Shown here: one piece after another, positions 7,801 to 15,200 of the stretch
Position numbering within the stretch: the stretch's first letter is position 1
Layout of the letters: every line of letters starts with the position of its first letter
From: Poseidonia sp.
GTDB lineage: Archaea > Thermoplasmatota > Poseidoniia > Poseidoniales > Poseidoniaceae
DNA: 41,475 bases
Reading direction: 5' to 3'
Assembly: GCA_965661285.1 (NCBI GenBank)
Contig: CBFIDD010000005.1
Span: 1 to 41,475 of the forward strand
Notes under the pieces: model-generated
Seen by the model: the letters and a program-made list of their open reading frames with translations, nothing else
Database searches by the model: none
Told to the model about the DNA's origin: nothing
Position numbers and translations under genes: made by a program

Positions 7801-9920
7801 TGATCTCTTTGCCAGAGGTGGAACCGGATGGTTCACACCTCTGTTTCTACGACGGAAACGGCGACAACATCCCCGACCGAGACGTTGATGGCGACGGTTT
7901 GGAGGTTGAGGAATCCATTGGATGTTTGAAGTCAAACATTTCACCGCTGAACCCCGCTCTGCTGCGAGCCGACCCTGAGTCGTTCCTGCCTGACGGATTT
8001 GGCCCAGTGAACGTTATTCTCAGGTTCCAAGAGACGCTGCCAAACGAAGGATGTCAACCGCTTGATGTGAGCTATCTCGGTATCCAGGGCGCATGGGACC
8101 CATGTACACAGGTACCTGGAAACGACCATTTCCGCTTGACCATGACCAACAATGCCAACGGGTTCAACCTCATCGGCCGAACCGTCATGACGGTGGATGA
8201 CCAAATCGTCTACACGAGCGAAATCGACCCGCTCACGGGCGAAGTGGTGCCCAAGCCGATGATAGTGACCGGCCAACTCAGCGACGAGTTGGGCGTGAAC
8301 CTGACCGACCGAAGTATCCGCGTGAACTACGAGATGGTCAACGGCCAAACCGGCCCCGTTGCTTGTCAGTCCGGCACCACCAACGCCGACGGCCTCTTTG
8401 CCATCACCTGTCCGCTCTCCGACGTGATGGCTGGCAAGGCCAAGGTGACGGTTTCGTACTCTGCCTACGACAACAACGACGCATACCGCTACGAGAACAA
8501 GACGGTTCAGACCGAGTTCGATGTGTTCTCCAACTCGACATTGCAGATCACCGAAGTCGGACCGTTCAAGTCCAGTGTTGACCAGTGGGTTGCTCCAAAC
8601 GGATCCCGCTACCCCGTGTTGTATCTCAAGGAGTCGTTCCACATCGACGCATTCCTTGCGCAGTCCAACGGTCAAGCCGTTGGCGGCAAGTGCCTCAACA
8701 TCTACCTCGACCCCGACGAGAACATCCGCCCACTGGCAACCGTTCGCACCAGCGACATCGACGGTACCGTGGAATGGTTCAGCGGCGACCCGCTTCAAAA
8801 CCCAACCCTCCGAGGCGTTGAAACCACCGGTGGCAAGCTGGAAGGCTTCCGTACCCTCAGGGTGGCGTTTGAGCCCGACCGCAACATCCCAGGTGGCTGC
8901 GATAAGGACAGCAGCAATGCACTGAACGGCTCGGCCATGGACACAGAGGTCCTCGTGCGTTCCCGTGTTGACCTGCAGGTCAAACAAACGTGGAGCAACA
9001 GCGGCGCCAACGGCGCCGACGAAGGCGACCTCATCAGTGGACAAATCGCTTTGCTGCGCGACCGTCTCGACCTCGCTGTTGAGAACGAAGAAGTCATCTT
9101 CGCTTACGAGTTCTTCAACGACGAAACCGGCGAATGGGAAGTCTCTGACCTGAACAACAAGACCCGAACCAACGAACAAGGCGTTGCCTCCTTTGAGTGG
9201 AGCTTCGTCGGACAGAGTTGCGACGGCAATCCGTGTTCGGGCGTGTGGCGAATCACGGCGTACTATCCCGGCTCAACCTACTTTGCGCCCTCACAGGACA
9301 ACATCACCCACGAAATCACGTACAAGAAAGCAGAGGCGTTGGGCGACAGCAGTGGCTTGTTGAGCCCGGGCAACCTCATCGGTTTCGCCATCATCCTGAT
9401 GGCGCTCTTGATCGCCGGTGCCATTTACTACCAGCGTGTCCAACAACAACGCCAGGTGCAAGCGCTCCGGGGTATCTTAACCGATGCCATGATGCAACTC
9501 GAAGCGAGCAACGAATACATCGCTGCGATTTTCGACTGCTACAAGAGTTTGGTGAAGCACTTCAGGAAGTACGGCTTCATGAAGAAGGTCTACGAGACGG
9601 CCCGTGAGTTTGAAGCAGCCGTTCGTGCCGCCTTCAACATGGTACCTGTCGACCAACTGGACGACTTCTTGTCCATCTTCGAAGAGGCCCGATACTCCGA
9701 GCACACGATCGACGCATCCCACCGCGACCGCGCCCTCCAAACGCTCGGTGCCATCACCAATTCGTTGACGATGGCGCTTGGCGAAGAGTCGGTGGTCAAG
9801 CGCGTGGACGTCACGAGCATTTACGACAACCTGACCAAGGCTGGCGAATTCGTGGCTGCTGACGGCTCGGTGCGCCAAGCCGGTATCGTTGAAGGCGAGA
9901 ACACGGACTTCAAGATTTGA
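1842..9920 (+). CDS. Giant cell-surface protein: TSP3-like Ca-binding repeats, Ig-like beta-sandwich region, C-terminal TM helix and DUF4129-like cytoplasmic domain
   Basis: N-terminal hydrophobic segment, dozens of DxDNDG motifs, TM LIGFAIILMALLIAGAIYY, tail with ETAREF...FEEARYS typical of DUF4129; GAGGTG SD-like site. Confidence 0.85.
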   Translation: MLSKQHTQQIEERQQLSMAIIIVFLMLASSLLAIVQTVHDGPEATRETRLVDGGSLGMTPVQSTDQGGQGGWDGVHDSRYDMAHEALTNLMWSDPGVSAGVIVDLSVLEAAIPAYSTFLEETRAGDHDNDGIDDLADLDDDNDGIYDLLERFDGCYGTDPYDHDNDGILDVDDWDDDNDGILEGPIDYDALEAQGLDPRNVSTDRYLDPNIDHPHPDIGAVGNFYLADQNPMDHDNDGVTDEDSDGAGPGRYDEDDDNDGRIDQFTWPCDLDSDGVSDYFDTDDDNDGVPDVDDTHPYDAAITTQMSATSSLYDTSRVWTFNEYRAYSGGVDYVEWERNRVNAPTATASGFGALGAQGTPTFSQIIDGDLDGDGAPNFLDPDNDNDGTPDSADTDDDNDGILDMVDPDDDNDGIPDTCIQIDTNGDETSDYTGLQNGGVTGLSLTDGGSSYIDGNDISTSSATSTGTGMTVNIVTTLGTVTSVSVNKPGSGYANGDALTITGGASDAEITVTGTSSVSFEIPGADGDADGIVDCEIDYDYDLDDDILRPFDQNYNGVYDWLDSDMGGTTSPDNLGNFAVGGADLPYDLDNDNIENENDSFPLDSAADVATWNCPSQANPNPVTPDPRCQTRRASFSQFNDWDGDGISNWDDVDDDNDGIIDALDIDWDCDLDNDNDLHVLNGGLYRDDGPNDVDSDIDGDGLENSIDWDDDNDGISDLFDPDDGNCGVVDFDGTDAFATPYYPVNDGGALDGSADSQLYGTNSTDHWNMVFKHYPFADVVLNYNGYDATTTPVTPGVVPEFYWFLFARWSPYNGGNEWDIDSDGDSLINGLDVDQDADGMPDWWDQDEGNDGILDVDDIKMGGTFNLSVCGWTAGNLGQGYVCGYSYALAYKMPLNGVNAQFGAPYSTRPDAAFDQGPTAGGPSGNWSCTPVADIGCWHYDFGGDGTIDSAVTYTQMVDNRDAYITWIGLTTGIWQWNSDNGPEADFPDELGADLLKNDVDGDIDGDFTNSTIDLDDDYDSIFDWFDVDDDNDGVWDYFEVDSNFDLDDDTGQNNGNFFSGTNCDDNDDDGNDADADDDGFYQAVWDQGIMSQGLRQPTLYDVDNDNDAIPDGEDPDDDNDGRLDVDQERLTGCFWGEEQSTWDNDNDGIVNWADDDWDGDGLPNLEELLESITAPFDHDNDGVRDDLDEDDDEDGMHDEDEVLLWPTRFDRNSTNPWDHDDFGDGEALANPLDTSTGPDAIDMDDDNDTRNDVDFDHTEDSELTSDWDHDNDGILDADDKAPTYITLNLPDNLWLDAQSPAIFSGHVDWLNPITGVVEPAPQLPVQVHIEWTANNTTAIETIDVLTNAGGNFSVGQFLYPEDLTVGDNTTYRVYAEVTEMFMFNGNQSQSYYVGAEANMTVDYSAWTFFRSDEQPFWLDFKAHYAADWDRGLFDNRIKNSPITFSIFGGLFGNLTAPTNFTGLGNNGYRTDASGWASLTFVQDLGIAGTWKQVQWNSTASNGAGQIPGGYEEIIWNDLTKQHDVVLDGDGDIVRYNYTNTSLPAGDIEIIARASPELASEWPFPYLHGDEAEPFSVRIMHRMNIEGTLVLDGLSPIYYYDATVNNGDGTFGDWSTLFHQPALTAAGVNYNDVSAFKPYPKSWDGTPEGLTGQAAALRPFLSGNGTHWFIALVNGGDSNLPPCGPVDRTDPNSPIRCEIVPEMNTGDSLQVIGKVTNRTNDPWDQDPIALQVDVDKNGQFLGAGETAYTQRPIMKDGDATYDYNWSWFSQYGAGTYGLRVDFTNSAYYFTGNSSTLAPTGAYINVTVVGTTDFQTTSLPRLYRNTNTTIQAKLVDNSLQPVRNAPVNYTWSFDGRTGVNFTDSNGFFEIPFNVSASDALGNFTLQFEYSGTSLLKGTTVSQSVWVVSRTYMQVISTEDNLRRSGDKWDFTAQVSDDNKTLVRDSGGTALSGSETPYGGLVDVIFEGTDFQGTLHRQVVATLAPNAGVISLPEVEPDGSHLCFYDGNGDNIPDRDVDGDGLEVEESIGCLKSNISPLNPALLRADPESFLPDGFGPVNVILRFQETLPNEGCQPLDVSYLGIQGAWDPCTQVPGNDHFRLTMTNNANGFNLIGRTVMTVDDQIVYTSEIDPLTGEVVPKPMIVTGQLSDELGVNLTDRSIRVNYEMVNGQTGPVACQSGTTNADGLFAITCPLSDVMAGKAKVTVSYSAYDNNDAYRYENKTVQTEFDVFSNSTLQITEVGPFKSSVDQWVAPNGSRYPVLYLKESFHIDAFLAQSNGQAVGGKCLNIYLDPDENIRPLATVRTSDIDGTVEWFSGDPLQNPTLRGVETTGGKLEGFRTLRVAFEPDRNIPGGCDKDSSNALNGSAMDTEVLVRSRVDLQVKQTWSNSGANGADEGDLISGQIALLRDRLDLAVENEEVIFAYEFFNDETGEWEVSDLNNKTRTNEQGVASFEWSFVGQSCDGNPCSGVWRITAYYPGSTYFAPSQDNITHEITYKKAEALGDSSGLLSPGNLIGFAIILMALLIAGAIYYQRVQQQRQVQALRGILTDAMMQLEASNEYIAAIFDCYKSLVKHFRKYGFMKKVYETAREFEAAVRAAFNMVPVDQLDDFLSIFEEARYSEHTIDASHRDRALQTLGAITNSLTMALGEESVVKRVDVTSIYDNLTKAGEFVAADGSVRQAGIVEGENTDFKI

Positions 9921-10013
9921 AGTTCTCATCTGTGAATGGCCGAAGGCACCTCAGCGAAAGCAAGACCTGTCGAAGCCTTAACCTTCAAAGGCTGGAGGCC
10001 TGTGTGTTAGTCC

Positions 10014-10457
10014 ATGGACGACTGGAAAGCGCTCATTGACCAAGCCATGCAAATTGAAACGACCGACACCATCGGTGCCCACGGGACGTACGAACAGGCT
10101 GTTCGTGCAGCGCTCGCTCAGTCGCAAATGCTGCTCGGCGATTTGGAAGCGGCTCAAATCATCGAGTCCATTTACGGCGCTTTGGTGGCGTATTCCCAGA
10201 CCGTCATGCTCCGCATGAAGGCCGAAGACCCCGAGCCAGGAAGCGCCGACCACGCTTTCCGTGCCGGACAAGCCTACGGCGTCAGTTGCGTTTTGAACCA
10301 TCTCATCGACCAACTCACGGATGTCGCTGGCATCACGGCCCTTGGCGCACTCGACGACTTTTCGGACACGCTTCACGATGAGATCATCATCCAAGCACGT
10401 GCTGCTGGCTTGATGATTGAACTGCTGGACGCGAAAGGCGAAATTCTCCTTGAGTGA
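10014..10457 (+). CDS. Hypothetical helical protein
   Basis: 147-aa ORF with host-like codon usage filling the intergenic space; no recognised motif. Confidence 0.75.
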   Translation: MDDWKALIDQAMQIETTDTIGAHGTYEQAVRAALAQSQMLLGDLEAAQIIESIYGALVAYSQTVMLRMKAEDPEPGSADHAFRAGQAYGVSCVLNHLIDQLTDVAGITALGALDDFSDTLHDEIIIQARAAGLMIELLDAKGEILLE

Positions 10458-10573
10458 GCTTCACGCTCTTCAAAAATCGCTACGCTCCGGCGCGATTGGA
10501 GTCGTCTTCGCGTCGGTGCCTTCATAACGGGATGGACGGTCGGCAGGTTGCTTCAAAGCATCGAGGGAGTCAA

Positions 10574-10939
10574 ATGAGCAATCCAAACCGTAAGACAAAC
10601 GCCCAGTTGGTTGATACCATCAACCAGCTGAAAGCCCAGTCTCGCGACACCGGAGCCGCTGTTTGGCGAGATGTGGCCTTGCGCCTCTCAAAGAGTCGCA
10701 AGAATTGGGCCCAACCCAACTTGAGCCGTGTGAGCCGCTACGCCCCCGAGGGTGCCACCATCCTCGTTCCAGGCAAGCTGCTCGGTTCAGGTGAGTTGAC
10801 CAACGGTCACACCATCGCCGCCTACAGCGTCAGCAACGGTGCCCGTGAGAAGATAGAAGCCGCTGGAGGTCGAATCATGACCTACGGCGAGCTGATGAAC
10901 GAAAACCCAACAGGAACGGGGGTTGTTATCCTTGGCTGA
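10574..10939 (+). CDS. rpl18e: 50S ribosomal protein L18e (eL18)
   Basis: KTNAQL...VWRDVALRL...ILVPGKLLGSG motifs; ATG at 10574 after GAGGGAG. Confidence 0.95.
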   Translation: MSNPNRKTNAQLVDTINQLKAQSRDTGAAVWRDVALRLSKSRKNWAQPNLSRVSRYAPEGATILVPGKLLGSGELTNGHTIAAYSVSNGAREKIEAAGGRIMTYGELMNENPTGTGVVILG

Positions 10940-11420
10940 TGCAACCACCTACGTGTTTGATGCAGACGGTCTGATTTTGGGCCGCCTCGCCTCAGCCTCC
11001 GCCGACATTCTGTTGAAAGCCGCTCGCGAAGACCGTGATGACAAGGTCATCATCATCAACGCAGAGAAGGCCATCATCTCCGGTCGCCCACGAGCTGTTC
11101 TTGACAACTATCACAAGAAGTACGAACTGAACCACGCCCGAAAGGGACCGTTCTTCCCTCGTATGCCCGACATGATTCTCAAGCGGGCCGTTCGAGGTAT
11201 GTTGCCCTATCAAAAGAAGAGCAGCGGCCGACGTGCCCTTCGCAACCTTCGTGTTGAGATCGGTTGCCCCAACCACCTCTCCGGCGACCTGCCTGAGGGT
11301 CATGAGCGTGGCGACGACAGCAAATTCCGCCGAGACCTGCCAGACCGCTACATCCGATTGGGTGATGTCAGTGCAGACTTGGGAGCACCCGCTCACCGAT
11401 GGACGGGAGGTGACCAGTGA
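10923..11420 (+). CDS. rpl13: 50S ribosomal protein L13 (uL13); TTG start at 10923 or 10932
   Basis: DADGLILGRLAS, IINAEKAIISG, KRAVRGMLP motifs; operon position. Confidence 0.95.
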   Translation: MLSLADATTYVFDADGLILGRLASASADILLKAAREDRDDKVIIINAEKAIISGRPRAVLDNYHKKYELNHARKGPFFPRMPDMILKRAVRGMLPYQKKSSGRRALRNLRVEIGCPNHLSGDLPEGHERGDDSKFRRDLPDRYIRLGDVSADLGAPAHRWTGGDQ

Positions 11421-11851
11421 TGGCACGAAAGAAGAAGTCAGTAGAATCCTCTGGAAAGCGCAAGACCGCCGTCGCTCGTGCGAGCGTCAAGGCCGGCAAA
11501 GGCCGCGTCCGAGTCAATTCCGAACCGATCGAAATTTTGCAGCCTTCCCTGGCCCGTCGCAAATCGATGGAACCCCTCGTCATCGCTGACGCCATGAACC
11601 GACTGAGCAAAGTCGACATTTCCGTCACCACCAACGGTGGCGGCATCATGGGTCAAACCGACGCCATCCGTACCGCCATTGCCCGTGGTCTTGTCCACTA
11701 CAACGGTGGAGCAGAAGGCATTGACGAAGAACTTCGAGATGAATACCTGCGCTTCGACCGCAGCCTTCTCGTGAACGACCCACGCCGAAAGGAGCCCAAG
11801 CACCAACTCGGCCGTGGCGCTCGCCGCAAGAAGCAAAAGTCGTACCGATGA
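11420..11851 (+). CDS. rps9: 30S ribosomal protein S9 (uS9)
   Basis: GKRKTAVARA, GGGIMGQ, DPRRKEPK...QKSYR; GGAGGTGA SD. Confidence 0.97.
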   Translation: MARKKKSVESSGKRKTAVARASVKAGKGRVRVNSEPIEILQPSLARRKSMEPLVIADAMNRLSKVDISVTTNGGGIMGQTDAIRTAIARGLVHYNGGAEGIDEELRDEYLRFDRSLLVNDPRRKEPKHQLGRGARRKKQKSYR

Positions 11852-11857
11852 GGTGAG

Positions 11858-12064
11858 ATGATGATTATTCCAGTACGATGTTTCAGCTGTGGCACCGTTG
11901 TCGCACACAAGTGGGAAGAATTCAAGCAATTGCTGGCGGACGGTAAAAGCGACGCTGAAGCCCTCGACGACGTGGGTTTGAAGCGGTACTGCTGCCGACG
12001 CATGTACGTTGGACACCTCGACCTCATCGAAGAGGTCGCACCGTTCAGCGCAGCACGCAACTGA
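11858..12064 (+). CDS. rpoN: DNA-directed RNA polymerase subunit N (Rpo10)
   Basis: IPVRCFSCG and RYCCRRM zinc motifs. Confidence 0.97.
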   Translation: MMIIPVRCFSCGTVVAHKWEEFKQLLADGKSDAEALDDVGLKRYCCRRMYVGHLDLIEEVAPFSAARN

Positions 12065-12074
12065 GGAACTCCTC

Positions 12075-12152
12075 GGGCCCGTGGGTTAGCTTGGCCTATA
12101 CTTGGCGGCTGGGGGCCGTCAGACCCCGGTTCAAATCCGGGCGGGCCCACCA
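12075..12152 (+). tRNA. tRNA-Pro(GGG), CCA encoded
   Basis: Acceptor GGGCCCG/CGGGCCC, anticodon arm GGCGG-CTGGGGG-CCGTC, T arm CCCGG-TTCAAAT-CCGGG; usual archaeal position after rpoN. Confidence 0.95.
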
Positions 12153-12203
12153 CTCTTGCTTCACAGTGTGTACACCTTGAAGACGCGGAGCCTTTGGATT
12201 GAT

Positions 12204-15200
12204 ATGGCGCCACCGCAACGCCAGTTCATGCGACAAGGCCGAGCAATGGGCATGGTAACCCTTCTCCTGACCGTTCTTCTTCTGCCCGTGGTGAACGCTG
12301 CAGACAGTACGGTCTCAACCAGTACCACATGGTCGGGAGACATGGTGCTTTCCGGCAACGTGACCGTTGCAAGCGGAGTAACGCTCACGGTGTTGCCCGG
12401 TACGACCGTCGATGCCAGGGAGTACGCCATCATCATTGAAGGAACCTTGGTCGCCGACCAGACCGTCTTCTTTTCCTCCATCACCCCTGAAACCCAAGGC
12501 TCACACGGCCAAGGGCTCTGGCCCGGCCTCGTTGTGGAGCCGGGCGGTCAAGCCAATTTGACCGAGGTGACCGTCGCCAACGCTTCTGCTGGCGTCTTGG
12601 TACGAGGCGACTTCAACGGAACGAATGTGGTCTTCAACGACGCCTACCGTGGACTTTCCGTCATGGGTGGCGAAGCCGTTGTTTCGGGATTCGAGGCCAA
12701 CCGCATCGACTACGAAGCGATGTATGTTGAAAGCGGAGAACTCAATGTTACCAACGGTACGGCCACCGAAGTGGCGGCCGGTCTTGCCAATCACGCCACT
12801 GCAAACATCCTCGAATTCACCGTAAACCAGGCAGGTGTCGGCGTTCAGTCCTTGGGCGGCACCCTCGATCTTCGAGGTCTTGGCGTGTACAACGCAAGCG
12901 TTGGTGTGGCGACGGCCTCAGGCGCCTCCACATCGGTTCGCACGTTCTTTGGAACGGGACTCGCACTGGCCATTGATGCAGGAGATGCCGATGATTTCGA
13001 ACTGCATCTTGCCCGCCTTTCGGGTGAACGCTTGGTGGTCGGTCAAGGTGTTTCGTCAATGTACATGGAGGATGTCGGGTTTACGGCGACCTCTGCATCT
13101 GAATTGAGACCGATTGTCGATGTGCGGTGCGATGGCCTGTGCAAACTGGAAAACAGCACTGTTGATGGCGTGGCCCGCAGCGGCGTTTCTTGGTCGGGAG
13201 CCGGGACTTCTCACATGCAGAATGTGTTCGTTCAAGCGGCTGAACAAGCGATTGGGGCCTCGGGAAGTGGCCATGCAGCATGGACGAACCTCACCGTGAA
13301 CACCTCGAAGACGGGCGTGTCGGTACAGACCCCGACCAGCACCTTGGACGACATCACCGTCGTCCTCACCTCGGATGATGCTGTTGGGGTTGACGTCCTG
13401 GGTGGCGTCCACGATTGGTCTAACCTCACCGTGGAGAAATCCTTCGTTGCTACGGATACGAGCTCGGTCGGGTTGAAATCGTGGTACAGCGACCTCACCA
13501 TAGAACGTTTGACCTCAAGAAACGTCTCAATCGGGATGCTGCTGGAGGACTCCTCACTGGTGGCCCAATCGGTTGAGGCCAACATTGGCAGCCTTGCCGG
13601 TGTCCACCTCATCGATTCCACCTATCGTGGTTCAGGCCTCACCACCATCGCACAAGACGAAGGCGTGTTGATGGAAGGCGATGCGTCCCTCCATCTCTCT
13701 TCCTGGACCGCACAACTCCACGATACGCCCTTGATGATGTCAACGGGCAGTACTGCTGTTGTGAGGGCCTTTACGCCACTGAATACGGCACCATCATCAG
13801 CCGACGCCCTCGGGGACGGAACGCTGTATTACGGTTCAAGTTCCAACCCCTCCATCAGCACCTCAGCGTCGTACCGTTTCGTTGAAACCGACGTCACCTT
13901 CACCGATTTAACCGGTCAACCCGTTGAAGCCCATGTCGCCGTTCACGGTTTTTCACTCATGAGCAACAGCAACGGCGCTCTTACCCTTCCCCTGGTGAAC
14001 ACCGGGTCGGTCGTTGATGTCACGCTTGATGGTGCTGGGGCTCGCGTCACGCTTTACGGTGGTCAAAACGGGCAATCGGTACAGGTTCCGGTCATTCCGG
14101 ACGGTGACTGGACCATCGCATCCGGTCAAGATGTTGTGCTGGGGCCTCGCCCCGACGGGCAGCCTCATCAGTTAACGGGTGATTTGACGGTCGCCAACAA
14201 TGCTGCATTGACCCTTGTCTCAACCGATGTCGTGTTTTCGTCTGGCCACACCGTGTCGGTGGAAGGTACGGGACAACTCATCGGCGAAGCTGCCACCATC
14301 ACCGCCGATGCGCTTCAGGCCAGCGGTGAAAGCGTGCTGACCGGAAGCGGCACCGAAGCACTCACGCTTGATACCAATGTTCAGTGGGGCTGCCTCAGCC
14401 CACGAGAGGTGCAACACCTCAACATCCTCGGTACACTCACCGTCCAACCCGGATGTGAAATCGACGTGATGAGCGGAACGGTTGAGGGCACGATTACGGC
14501 CATGACCGGGGCGGTCTTCACCAGCTCATCAACCCTTGAGATCGAGGTCTTTGACAAAGGTGAACCGGTGGACGGGGCGCTAATCTCTATCGAGGGCTCG
14601 GTCGCCATGACCGACGAGAATGGAGCGTTGTCAACCGAGACCGTCGCTCGACGTGTCACCGATACCGGAGTGACATGGGAGGGCATCAAGACCGTCACGC
14701 TTCAGCGAAACAACTTCTCGGATTTTGTCACATGGGACACCAACCGTTCGCTCACGCACACCTTCATGGCGTCCACGGTACCCAGCGGTGCGGTTTCAGG
14801 ATGGCTCGTGCTTGAACGCCAATGGAGCCCGTACACGCTGGATCATTCGCTGGAACTTCAAAGCGCCTCGACCATGACGATTCAGGACGGCGTCTCGTTG
14901 CGCATTTCAGAAGGCGCCACCATCACCGTGAACGGAGTGCTTGATGCGGGCGATGCCACGCTTTCCTCCACCGGCTTTGGGGCGCGCTGGGGCGGCCTTG
15001 CTCTCGGCAGTTCAACGGCGGCTGCCATCGAACTCTCGGGAACACAACTCATCGAGTCCGCCCCCGCCATCACGGTTTCGGGATTGGGTTCAGTTCAAGC
15101 CGATGGGGTCTTCATGGCACGATCTGCGAGCGATGCGCTCGTCGTGGTTGAGTCCGGAAGCGCTGCGACGCTGGTGCTTCGCAACAGCCATTTGCAAAAC

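Noticed and set aside
2133-9179. Long antisense ORFs (337, 484 and 412 aa) within the giant gene
   Set aside because: Val-rich mirror of GAC/AAC codon bias on the coding strand
1842-9920. Transglutaminase catalytic domain within the giant protein
   Set aside because: No convincing G-x-C ... H-A-W-x-E motif found by eye
12102-12203. N-terminal extension of the 1598-aa ORF
   Set aside because: Overlaps tRNA-Pro; the real start is at or after 12204
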